60,774 nucleotides of DNA from Octopus bimaculoides (GCF_001194135.2 NC_068993.1:26484781-26545554), one strand, 5' to 3'; positions 1-11,881 are shown, numbered from the stretch's first letter. Notes: generated by a model not told the origin, from the sequence alone. Program-made: numbers and translations.

Positions 1-37
<37 letters not shown>

Positions 38-175
38 TATATATACATGTTCATATAATACATATGTACACATATATACATATATATACACACATACATA
101 CACATACATACGTACATACATACATACATACATACATATACATACATATATGTGTACGCACATACACACGATAGA
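1..175. repeat. (TA)n/(TACA)n compound microsatellite
   Basis: Direct: TA, CA and TACA tandem units. Confidence 0.95.
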
Positions 176-955
176 CGTGTGGTAATAAAGATTAAAGCAA
201 TGTTATATATATAGGAAAATCATGCTTGTATGAACTAGTAAGATATTAAGTGTATGACAATATATAAAGGTGATGAATGGTCTATTGATCTAAAGAGAGA
301 GATTGTGTTGTAAAGTGAAATGGAAATCAGAGGGGGGAAATAAGGGATTAATGGAGTAAAAATTACTTGTTTAAACTAAATTAATATTATTACCAAAGTT
401 TACTTCGATATTCACGCTCTATATTTGTTGATGCAAGGGTTTACCAACAAATGAAATAAAGTGAAGGGATCTATTTTGTGTGGAGCAGTATTTTATACAT
501 AATAAAGCAGGGAGAAGAAAATATTTATATGTTTTGAATTCATCTTACGATAAACGTAAACAAACAAACTAAGATTGCTTTCAGAATTTTAGATATGTCT
601 AAGAAAGTTAAAGAAGACATATAAATTTCTCAGACGCAGAATAATGCCAATAACATAGCCTAAACAGGATAAATTCGCCTATCTTTGCTTAAGAAAGTAA
701 AGGCAACAAGTAAAGGACATGGAGTTAAGAAGGAGCAATGAAATCAAAGGTATAAAGTTATTGGAGCACAACGTATTGGACATAGTTGGAAGTAATGTTT
801 ATGTTAAGTTAAATTGAAAGTAATGTTTAAGTTCATGTTTTATAGACGTGCTGGGTGTCCTAATTTGGGTTCATAAGATAGAAAGTGCTCAGATAACATA
901 TAAAGGTATAATTAACTTGTATCGCTTGAAGTTACGGTTAAGTCGGCTCTTATGC

Positions 956-1045
956 ATTTCCCTGAAGAGAAGATTACATCTTTATCAACATCACTTATTC
1001 CTTTGGAAGGAAACATTTGTAATCTTCGAAACATATGTCGGAAAT
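956..1045 (+). ncRNA. Type-I minimal hammerhead ribozyme, probably from a Penelope-like element terminal repeat
   Basis: Stem I ATTTCC(956-961)/GGAAAT(1040-1045); CTGAAGA 962-968; 10-bp stem II GAAGATTACA(969-978)/TGTAATCTTC(1018-1027); GAAA 1028-1031; palindromic stem III ACATATGT (1031-1038); GTC triplet 1037-1039. Confidence 0.88.
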
Positions 1046-1087
1046 AAAAGAATTCATTTAACATATGCGTATTACTACATTTATTAA

Positions 1088-1135
1088 AATTTATATGTAT
1101 ATATATATATACATAAAGATTTATATATGTATATA

Positions 1136-1197
<62 letters not shown>

Positions 1198-1200
1198 AAG
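1088..1200. repeat. (TA)n microsatellite
   Basis: Direct; source of the spurious YIYI ORFs. Confidence 0.95.
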
Positions 1201-1235
1201 ATATATAATACAGAACCCTCAAGACACTATGCACC

Positions 1236-1903
1236 TGTGAGCTGGATGAAATATACAAGTGGGCTGAAAAGAATAGCATGCAATTTAATGCTGAAAAGTT
1301 TCAAGCCTTGTGTTATCAGCATGCAAAACTAAATGCAATACTCATTAAATACAATGGACCTGGAGGGACTGCAATCCCAGAGGCACAGTCAGTGTGAGAC
1401 CTGGGCATTTACATGAGTAATAATGCATCCTTTCATGTTCATGTCGCTAAATCGGCAATGATATGCAGGCGACTGACCGGATGGATTCTTAGGACTTTTA
1501 GAATAAGAGATCAGGAAACCATGATGGTCTTCTGGAGGACACTTGTTCTAAGCCACTTTGACTATTGCTCTCAGCTATGGTCACCAACCAGTGTCAAATT
1601 AATCTCAGAACTTGAGGTAATCCGACGAAGCTACACGAAGAAGATAGCCTCTATGCAGCATATAAGCTATTGGGAAAGACTCAAGTGATTAAGACTCTAT
1701 TCCTTAGAGCGTAGACGAGAAGGATATGCCATAATATACATCAGGAAGATCCTCGAAGGAATTGTCCAAAACTTTGGCATCGAAAGTTACATAAATAAAA
1801 GAAATGGACGCCATTGCAAAGTGCCAAGGACTCCAAACTTGCAATCAAGGTGAAGGACAAGATACTGCAATAGCCTGGGCTTCAGAGGTCCACAGCTCTT
1901 CAA
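1236..1903 (+). mobile_element. CR1/L2-like LINE, C-terminal RT/thumb fragment, with stops
   Basis: Translation contains KWAEKNSMQFNAEKF, DLGI, GWILRTF, LSHFDYCSQLWSP, YWERLK*LRLYSLERRR; runs into an N-gap. Confidence 0.85.
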
Positions 1904-2003
1904 NNNNNNNNNNNNNNNNNNNNNNNNNNNNNNNNNNNNNNNNNNNNNNNNNNNNNNNNNNNNNNNNNNNNNNNNNNNNNNNNNNNNNNNNNNNNNNNNN
2001 NNN

Positions 2004-2037
<34 letters not shown>

Positions 2038-2076
2038 TGCATAGATATATGTATATATACTGAAATACATATATAT

Positions 2077-2115
<39 letters not shown>

Positions 2116-2158
2116 CGTATACACACACACACACGTATATATGTATATACATACAAGT

Positions 2159-2822
2159 CTTTACTTCTATATGTAGGGCAGGTACTACTGCTTTCATTAC
2201 ATATGTTTCAAGCTGAACCCATCGGTGTTGGTGTAGCTGGAGATGTGGCCGGCCTCTTCATGACCTGGTGGGACAAAAGATTTAAGCAATCTGTAGCAGA
2301 ACAGTCCACAACTCTTTTACTTTACAGCAGGATTGTAGACAACATTAATATCCTAGTTAAGACCAACCCTAGTAACGGCAATGTACAAACTGAGAGGAAC
2401 AAACTGGGGAGCATCCAGAAAGTAGCTCACTCCATCCCCCAAAGTATCAAGGTAACTATAGATTACCCCACTAGGCACTCCAACAATAGACTCTCTGTCC
2501 TTGGTACTGAACTTTGGTTAGAGACTGTGAACAACAGAGTGCAGCTCCTCCACTCCTATTACATGACAGCCATAGCTTCGAAATATGTTGTTCATAAGAA
2601 CTCAGCTTTGTCACACAACTTGAAAATTAACATACTGATAGCAGACTTAGGATAGTGAATGTGTCCCCACTATACAAACCCTATGAAACAAAAAGAACAT
2701 GTACAGAACTTCATGCACTACATGCAATTCTCTGGCTATGATCAGAAAGATAGGGTTCGAGTACACAGGGGTGTTAGAAAGAAGTTAAATAACATTATAT
2801 GTGATGAAACCAGTGGTACCTG

Positions 2823-2825
<3 letters not shown>
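2159..2825 (+). mobile_element. Penelope-like element RT fragment, degenerate
   Basis: PIGVGVAGDVAGLFMTWWDKRF, YSRIVDNINI (decayed RYVDD), DYPTRHSNNRLSVL, then frameshifted FMHYMQFSGYDQK; flanked by TA microsatellites. Confidence 0.72.
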
Positions 2826-2853
<28 letters not shown>

Positions 2854-3714
2854 CGTGGTTTGATTAATAAATGTCCAGACTGTTGCCATGGTATTAAAGC
2901 TAAAGCATGCAGGGTGAAGCCACTCAGCAGAAATTGAGCTTGAACTCTGCTGTGCAAGTGTACTAAGCTTTAACATTCTAGCCAACTTTCGCTGTTTAGA
3001 GCAGTGCTTGGAAGGAATGTGTCAAATGTGGTTGTTGCATTGACCATAACAAAGAAGGTTCAGCAGATAAACTCCATCAAATTTTGCCAAAAGCTTGGTA
3101 ATACCTGCTCAGAGGCCTAAGCAAAGTTTTCACAGTTCTCGATACAATCAAGATCTTGTGCAACTAAAACCAGAGTGTCATTTTGGTCGGGCAAAAGCAG
3201 TTTTGGCACAACTTAGTAGATCCGCGTCTCATACCCAAATCTTCAGTGATAATGGACTGAATTGAGCGACAACTAACTTTCACACCCTCTGATAACTCAC
3301 ACATAGTAATTCAACGATTTCCCCTCACAGTTGCATGAACATCTGCGATGTTTTTCTCAGTTCTGCTAGTTGTGGGTCTACTAGAAGGTTCGCCAATATC
3401 GACACTCTTCCGGCAATCTTGGAAACGTCTGAACCACTCATACATTTGTATACACTTTCCATACACTTTCTGCAACATCATGTAGGCTTCAGAGCAGCTA
3501 TTGCCATGACAACTTTCTCCTTTCATGGTCAATGCAATGATCACACACTACATACCTTCCTTCCAAGCACTGCTGTAAATAGCCAAAGTGAGCTAGAGTG
3601 TCAAAACTTAGTGCGTATGCACAGCAGAGTTCAACGTTAAGCTTTCCCAAGCAGCTTCATTCTGCATTCCTTAGCTTTGATACTATGGCAACATCATTTC
3701 TTGATCAGACCTCA
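2854..3714. mobile_element. Mariner-derived element made of two left ends in inverted orientation
   Basis: + arm 2854-~3119 encodes TITKKVQQINSIKFCQKLGNTCSEA. - arm 3714-~3120 encodes GNSCSEAYMMLQKVYG..YEWFRRFQD..SSRPTTSRTEKNI..EDLGMRR. The arms are mutually reverse-complementary (e.g. GCAGTGCTTGGAAGGAA in both). TA flanks. Confidence 0.82.
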
Positions 3715-3724
3715 TATATACATA

Positions 3725-3877
3725 CAGGAGTGGCTGTGTGGCAAGAAGCTTACTTCCCAAACAGATGATCCTGGGTCCAGTCCCACTGCATGGCACCTTG
3801 GGCAAGTGTCTTCTACTATAGCCTCGGGCCGACCAGAGCCTTGTGAGTGGATTTGGTAGACAAAAACTGAAAGAAGC

Positions 3878-3922
<45 letters not shown>

Positions 3923-4003
3923 GCATATATATGCATATATATAAGTAATTGTGTCTGGCCCTTCAGCATAGCTTGACAACCGATGTTGGTGTGTTTACAT
4001 CCC
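3725..4003 (+). mobile_element. tRNA-derived SINE family A (head GGAGTGGCTGTGTGG..GGGTCCAGTCCCACTG), 3'-truncated
   Basis: A/B-box-like head; same body recurs more than 8 times in the window; internal CA/TA tract. Confidence 0.85.
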
Positions 4004-4224
4004 AATCTATATACTCACACGTAAACACACACACACATATATACNNNNNNNNNNTATATATATATATATATATATTGGGGAATAAATGATGGATTTTTCC
4101 CTTATGAGGTTTTTTTTCACGCTAGCTACTTGATAAATTCTTATAAAAGAATTCATCCCATTTTTGAATTAATTATATATATATATGAAACATATAGACA
4201 CATATATACATCTTTATCTGATAC

Positions 4225-4378
4225 CATTTGCTTGTATCAGTCTTTGGATTGCGACCATGTTGGGGCCAACCTTGAACGGCTTAGTCAAACATATCGAACC
4301 AAGTACTTAAGTCTGGTACTTATTCTATCGGTCTCACTTTGCCGAACCACTAATTACGGGGACTAGACAAACCAAGCA
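4225..4378 (-). mobile_element. SINE family A, 3' half
   Basis: Reverse complement matches GGTTCGGCAAA..GAGACCGATAGAATAAGTACC of other copies. Confidence 0.75.
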
Positions 4379-6517
4379 GATTTACATATAGATACACTTA
4401 GACATAGACACACACGTCAACAACATATGTATACACAAGTACATAAATACGCGCGCATATGTATTTTGTGTGTGCGCGTAATTGCATCCGCACGTGTTAC
4501 TTTGAAATTGTATTGTACATCGATTGACGTGTGAAGGAAATACACAAACGCCTTAAGTCAGACAGACTATTGTTACACTAAACTACCAAATAATTTGTGG
4601 AGGTAATGACATTCATTCTTTCTCCTAAGTGAATTTTAGGTAATCGAAATTGTGGGGGCAGTAGTAACCATGACCCTTAGGAGCTGTAGCAGACAGGTGA
4701 GCGATAACTGTAGTTCATGCCCGGGTTGAATTTTGTAAGTGAAGGAAAAACTTGAGTGTTGTGTAAAGAAGGCAAATGCACAAATCCTTTATGAAATGAC
4801 GGTTACTGTTTTTTTTAACCGCACTCAAGTATAAATGGTTAGTCAACGTTGGTGAATCTAACAGAGATCCGCCACAAAAAAATCACAATAGATATTAAAA
4901 GACATGAGCCTCTAATGTGGTGTTGGATTTATTTGGAAACAACAGCCAAAATACTGAAATCAAAACCCGGGTTTAAAGAGAATGAACATTGGACAGAGAG
5001 ATTAGTTTTAGATACATTCTAATAAAAACGTTTTAAGAAAGTCCTACATGACTAGAATTCCTTTGATCATAGGTGTGTTGGATCTGGACCGAAGTGGGGT
5101 TAAATAATAGAAACCCATAATTCATTAGGGAAGAGGTAGTCTCCTGAACCAATCCTGGTACATAAGTAATAAAAGGCAGAAATCCAACCATAGTGGCATT
5201 TAAAGATGTGAATAATATTTACTCAAGCCAGCTCGCTCGGTACTACTACCATAAAGAAAAGTTTCAGGCCAGCGAAGGTTTCTTTGAATGAGACATTGGG
5301 ATTCTTCACTCATTTCAATACGGCCAGGAAACGGAGAGAAACGAAGATAACGTATACGACACACACATTACTTCAGAGATTTCTTTCGTTTATTTTCTGT
5401 ACTGGTTTTTAATCGATTATATTAACAGAATGGCCTTATCAGGAATTACATATTTTGTAAATCTAAGATACGACAGGCGTCAGAGAGTAGCGGTACATTT
5501 TTTCAAGTCCACAGGAAGAATCAGCGTGGGGACATTTAAATTTGTCGTCTTTTCCTAAAAGCCACTTAACGCCTTTGTTAATAATACATATTTCCCCATT
5601 AAACATAGCTATAGCTATGGGAAATTCCATTCAGTACAATGACCTACAAAATTGTTTTCTAGGAAAGTATGTATTTGTTGAAAAGACGGCAAATGGAGTT
5701 TAAAGAGGGGGGGGGGGGCAATATGAAAGAACACAGGTTTGGTTGGGAAAGTTTCTATCAGAAAAATTTAACAATCGTGGATTTTTTTTGAGTTATTAAA
5801 TTTTAAAATATTTTCTTACAGACACCAAAGAAGGTAATAACTATCCAATAAAGAGATCAATAAAATCAATCGGCATGGCTGCTATCCAAAAGTAGTAAAA
5901 TATTAAAAGACCAAAATACATTAAAACGATTTTATTTACTCTAATAGGTTCAGCTAAAGCTTGTGATCTCGTTTTGCCAGTCGATGACGGAAGTTGTGAT
6001 TTCCATGTATGGAAAACGGGGAATTTTCTAATGGAAATAAGATACGCTAAACTGGAATTGAAACCTAGTTGTGATCCCATTGCACTGATCGAGAAGGGTC
6101 AGTTTATTTTAATTAATAATGGAATGTGTTCCTCCTTCACTGCCCTAATAACTCACACACCCATGTGGACGATAGCGTTTACTGCTAGTGGGTGAAGTAA
6201 ACAGCCTATCCCTTATTTAATACACTAAAATATTCGGTCGATGTTCACATGCTATGGTTATATTCCAACAGTATAAAACTTGCTGATGTTTAAAAGGTGA
6301 AAAATATAGAAGAGTAAAAACAAATTTCCACTACGTGTGAGAGAAAGACTGAAAAAGCAGTGGCAGCTGGTAGGATAGGAAAACACAAAACATTAAAATA
6401 AAACCGTAATCTTTTATAAAATATCAATGGAAAGTCAGGTTTATTATATACACTCGTTGACATTAATGTTGAAACAAAAAATATTTCACAGCGTATGAGT
6501 ATGTGTGTGTGTGTATG

Positions 6518-6553
<36 letters not shown>

Positions 6554-6845
6554 AGTGATAGTGAAATGCGTTAAGTGTAAAACTTCCAAGTATGGTGTGT
6601 GTAGATTACACATCCACACGTGCGTACATAATATATACATATATATACACATATTTGTGTATAACGAAATATTAGCGCCAAGCATTGTTTAGTCATACAT
6701 ACATACACGCATACCGTAAACTCAGGGACACATATATATATATACACAAGGTATGTGTGTGTACACGTTTGAGTTTACGAAGAGGAAAAGTATAATACAG
6801 AAGCAGAGTATTAAGTTTCGCTGTTACTTGATCAGTGATACTCAC

Positions 6846-6876
6846 AAAAACCAAGTATTAACAGCAATACTAGCAT
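6846..6876 (-). other. Candidate coding exon segment (MLVLLLILGF) followed by consensus donor GTGAGTAT
   Basis: ATG at 6876, 10 codons + 1 nt, donor at 6845; no confirmed downstream exon. Confidence 0.2.
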
Positions 6877-7708
6877 GTGTATGCATGGTAAAAAGATGAT
6901 CAGGTGTAAAGCTACACACAGACACACACACGTGTGCATACTAGACACACGCGCACAGAGAACAAGCCAACACTAACTTCGCTAATCAACAAACAATTTT
7001 ATATATATATAAAGGTTGATCAAGGTACAATTTTACGTGTATTTTCTATAGAGAAGGGAATGTATACTATTTTGGCAAAACTTTGTTGTCCGTCTTCCAT
7101 GTGAAGACGGAAGGGTGGGATGTTCGATAAAAAATAATTAACTATGGGGGGACAAAATAGAGAAAGGATAAAGTTCGTGTGTGTGTTGAAAAAAATGATT
7201 ATACGCATATATTACTATATACACCATTCTTATACGAAAGAATTAATCAAGAAGACAGATACACACACCTTTGTGCGTGTACATTATATATAAACAAGGA
7301 AATTTATATATTACCGGAGATGAAGACAATGGAGACAGATTTATAATATATGAAATTTGTCAACAAGTGACAAAAGCAGCAACTGGTTCGACTAAGTACA
7401 TCTTTCCTCGTAAAAGTTACTCCACCGTATGTGCGTGTGTGTATATGTGTGACTGGAGTGAAATCTCTTTCCTGCACACTAACGTTCCAAGTTGCCTTAA
7501 CAGTCTACTGTCTCTTTCCGCCACCTACTTGTATACACCTACCTACCATCGCCGACTCTTAACACCCTACCTCTCTCTCTCCGTATCTGTGTGAGTGTGC
7601 ATAATAATAAATATATATATATATATAAAACACACACACGGCTAGCTTAATTCTCCTCCTCCTCTCTCTCTCCCCCTTTATTCCTCTACAGTGTTTCAAT
7701 TCCGCTTT

Positions 7709-7726
7709 GAGGGGGGGGGGGGGGGG
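7709..7726 (+). repeat. Poly-G run
   Basis: Direct. Confidence 0.9.
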
Positions 7727-7859
7727 TTCCTTTCCAAAAGCTTATTACAACACCCGTCCGGTTAGGACAAGTAACATTTCCAAACATGACTCACTTGAAA
7801 CTTGTGTATGTGTGTGTGTGTGTGTGTGTGTGGTAGTTCTTCCGTCGGCTAATCGGTCG

Positions 7860-8030
7860 TTTAGTCAATTGGACTCTCACAACAGTTTATGCGTAGAGTA
7901 TTCCAGACACTTGAGTGGATCGGATTACGGACTCCCAGTTTCCGCCAACCGAAACATTCAGCTTAGTCGCAGTGAGATCGAACCCGTGACTTTACGATTG
8001 CGAAGCGAACTTCTTAACCAGTCGGTAATA
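7860..8030 (-). mobile_element. tRNA-derived SINE fragment
   Basis: Reverse complement gives a tRNA-like head (GGTTAAGAAGTTCGCTTCGCAATCGTAAAGTCACGGGTTCGATCTCACTGCG) with B-box GGTTCGA. Confidence 0.7.
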
Positions 8031-9342
8031 TCCCGGATGGTCCTCCGTCGGTTTAGACGATGGAGACTGAGATGTTCGACCAACTGAATTACCTAGTTGT
8101 CAAATTAACCTTCTCCGGGTTAATTTCGGAAATTCGATTCTACGACCTTCCATACAATCCAAGTTCGCTAACAATGTCATGGGATCAATCTTTGGTTCAG
8201 GAAAACGTTTCATCAAGTGGGCTTGAACCTGGAACCACGTGCTTGCTAAACGAACTTCTTCAGCTCTAGGCACATTTAAAAAGACATGTACAATCACTGA
8301 ATACACACACACATTTAACAATATATACGCGCATTTACACAGGTATAAAATACAGATATTTATATACCACAGATAAAGACACATTTAATACTTTTGAATA
8401 TTTAATAGTTAGAGGTTCGGATACAGATACGTTTTAAAATAATGAATGAAGAGAAAGGGGAGAGAGAGAGACTAAGATATAGAAACGTCTATATAGATGT
8501 ATGTAGTAGCTTTATAGATACGCATACAAAAGGAAACCTATCGAGTGTATGGAAGTTGTAGGAAAGGAAAGAAAAAAACAGAACGTTCAAGCCTTTTAAA
8601 ACAGCTGAGATCATCACCAAATCATTCATATACATAAATATATATATACACGTACGTCTCTCACCCTCCACTCATACTAATCAGTATTTGTAATCACTGG
8701 TGGATGTGTGTGTCTAAATATATACATATATATTATATATATCCATATATATAGACACACACACCCGCCAGTGATTATAAATACAGATTAGTATAAGAGT
8801 GGAGGATGAGAAACGCACGTGCAAAGATGGGTAGACATGCGCAGACAGGTAGAGATTGTGCAGACGCAAAGCTTATCCAGCTACACGTGGTCGCTCGACC
8901 TGCTAGAAATATCAGTCATATCTCCGACTACCGTTTCAAATTAAGAAAGGACACATTAGATAATTTAGTCCTACATACTCTTAAAAAGACGGGATGGTCA
9001 CATCTAGAGTGCTTTAGATATGTCTGCACATTCAAGAGTGATCTGGCGCTAAAAGACAGGCGGGCAGACACTCCGGTAGAAAGAGAGTGGTAATATGCAG
9101 TAACGGGTATACACATGAGCTGATAGAGAAGTACAACTATATGCAGTTGTATGATCTACATCCGAGAGGAGAGAGAGAGGTATATATGTTAACTGCAATA
9201 TCTAAGACACAGACAAGGGTACAGCTACATGCAGTAGCAGCTCCACAGACGTGGGGAGAGAGGTATATAGCTGCTACATGCAATAACTGGCACACAGACA
9301 CATAATGTAAAATAGTGTTTCGAATAAATGAGAAATGGTGTC

Positions 9343-9481
9343 GTCGCTTGAATAAAGTTTACAAAATATAAGTGTAAGGAAGGGATCTTAATTTTTTACT
9401 GTCTGAGGAAAGGACAAGTCCAAAACTAATTACCTTACACAACACAAACTATTCCATTTGTAAACGAGTTATTTAAGCGAC
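9343..9481 (+). repeat. Imperfect fold-back enclosing a degenerate hammerhead-like core
   Basis: Arms GTCGCTT..GTTTACAAA..GTGTAAGG (9343-9379) and CCTTACAC..TTTGTAAAC..AAGCGAC (9433-9481); core CTGAGGA-AA-GGAC-AA-GTCC-AAAAC (9403-9426). Confidence 0.6.
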
Positions 9482-9536
9482 ATGTAATTAGAAACGGAGA
9501 AGTTATGGAAAACCGGTTATGCTAGTTGAACGAACA

Positions 9537-9725
9537 GCGCGATTTGGACAAATAAGTAGACTACATGAATGGACCACTACATTTGGAGAAGCGGGAAGAT
9601 TGCGTAGGCAGGCCACGAAGGCGAAACGAATAGGTTACATGAACAGATTACGTGGGGTTTAGAATAACGGGTTGGTTACAAAACGCACGAAGTTCGGAGA
9701 TACAGAAAGGTTACTTGTGTGGACC
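9537..9725 (+). repeat. Degenerate ~39-bp tandem repeat (5 units) with 13-aa periodicity
   Basis: Units of 39, 39, 35, 37 and 39 nt translating to ARFGQISRLHEWT, TTFGEAGRLRRQA, (shifted) GETNRLHEQI, ..., TKFGDTERLLVWT. Confidence 0.6.
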
Positions 9726-11865
9726 ACAAGATGGGTTTGCAGAGAAAAACAGAAAAGATTTGGTTTAGGAAGCAATATATAGTCTCCCGAATAAGATTCT
9801 GTCTAGAAAGTTTATATCATGACACTGATAGACGACAAAAATGACCTATATAGGTAAAGAAGTGCAGTCGGTATTGATGACATTAGATATTGGGAATTAA
9901 GACACAAATGACCACACAATAGCTAAAGGATGTGTCTGAGATTAGAAATTTGTACAAATATGTGGACACGACAGTACTGGTTCGAATGAACAGTAATGTG
10001 TGGTATGAAAGTTTATAGGTCATGTGTTGGTGGGAATGATCGATTTGTCGCGTGATCGTGTGATTTTCTGGTGTTGAAAAGAGATGGGTAATAAAAAAAA
10101 AATTATTGGTCAAGTTCAGAGGATCTGATGTGTAGAGCAGACATTATAGTCCGAAAAAGCTGACCGAAATAGGGAGATACACGCAACAGCGATAGACCTA
10201 CAATAATCTGTTACAATAATAATGGGTACGGGTCATAATTAAGTAAGGAGTTGGTTACTGCAGAAAAATGGGAGGGAGCCCTGCAGTCTACCTGTGTATG
10301 TGTATGTAACAAGGTAAGAGAACATGTGAATATATCCATGTAAGGGCGTTTTGCTTGCGAGAAGGAAAACTATAGTCGAACTAACGATAGCAACAATAAG
10401 ACCAGTACAGTAGCTAATTGTAAGGGAGGCGGAAAGAATTAGGGTAGGATGACATATGTAGAACAAAGCTGTTACTTTGAACTGTATGTGCGTTTCTCTC
10501 TTTCATATTCACATACGTAGATATAGGCGAAATGATATAAGCAGCGTATGTCGGTGTCAAGATAGAGAGGGGAAGGAGGGAGACTGAAAATAACGTATCG
10601 GGCAATGTCCTTCATCGACGAAAGAAGTACAGACAAATGCTGGATAGTCAGACAGGCAGAGCGAGTGATATGAGTATAAAGACAAGAAAAGATAAATAGA
10701 AAAGAAAAAAAAAAGGAGGGTGAGGGTAAGAGAAAGAGTTTTGAAAGCGAGAGAAAGTTGAATATTTGGAAGGAGTGAAAAATAGAGAAAAAGAAAAAGA
10801 AAATGTGGGAGGTACACGAGTAAGATAGAACAGATGTTAAATGGAAAATCTGGGACATCCTATTTTATTACGTGTGCAAGCAATCCAGTCACAAGTTAGG
10901 GTATGGGGACTCGTAGAAGGTTTGCACTCTACTCAATAATCTGGGTTTTCTGCTGGGATATTTTGTTTTACTGAAATATGATTCTCTCACGCATACACAC
11001 ACACAAGGAGACTGCAACTATTTTACTGCATTGACAGGAACTATGTAGCACCGGGCTAAATGCAGTTGAAATTAGATACCAATTAAATACCAGTAATACA
11101 CTGGGCTATACAATCTTTTTCTAAGGCACACTTAGCTTTTATTTTTAGGTGATGTGTTGGCAGGGATTATTAATAGGGATGTATGTGGGTGGGACTTGTA
11201 TTATTGTTTGCTCGGAGAAAGCTGGGTTTCTTAACGAAGTAAATGCATTGAAGTTAGCTGTTTTCAATGACGGAATAACGACGTCAATATTTCAAGAACT
11301 CCATACAAAATACAGGGCATACAATATCCCTACAACACATACACCCATTACGAGAGCCAACAAATGAGTCGCTACATGGATGCTTCACTTGCTAGAAGTA
11401 ACAGCCACATCTCCCAATACATATCAACTTAAAAAGGCAGAATATATTTGATAATATAATGCTGGATTATCCATAGACAGCCGGGGTAGTCACAGTAGGA
11501 ATTGTTTTGATCATGAGTTTAATCTGTGGGTAAATATCACCAGGATCCCCCCTACCCGCGCGCCCAAGTCAAGGTGTGTAAAAGTGAAAGATGGTCAATG
11601 TGATTCGCTTTCAATTCTCGCTCGTGAAGGCTATATAATATAATCAATTCGAAATAATTTAATGAATTATTAATTTCTGGTCAAACTGAAGATTAAAATC
11701 TGGGTTTTCAATTCTCAGAACACTAAAATACCAATATAATAGTCATTCATCTCACATCCTCTACTACTCATTTTTCTGAAAATTTCTTATTTCATTGCAA
11801 AATACATTAAGAACTTAAAAATTATAAACGGAGTTAATATATTTATCAATTTGTTGCTTCAGCAT

Positions 11866-11881
11866 CGGTCACATCTCAGTT
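11866..11881 (+). promoter_or_regulatory. Candidate core promoter (CGGTCACA followed by Inr-like TCAGTT)
   Basis: Motifs resemble Drosophila Motif 1 and Inr and lie at the right edge of the CpG-retaining domain; short motifs can occur by chance. Confidence 0.2.
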
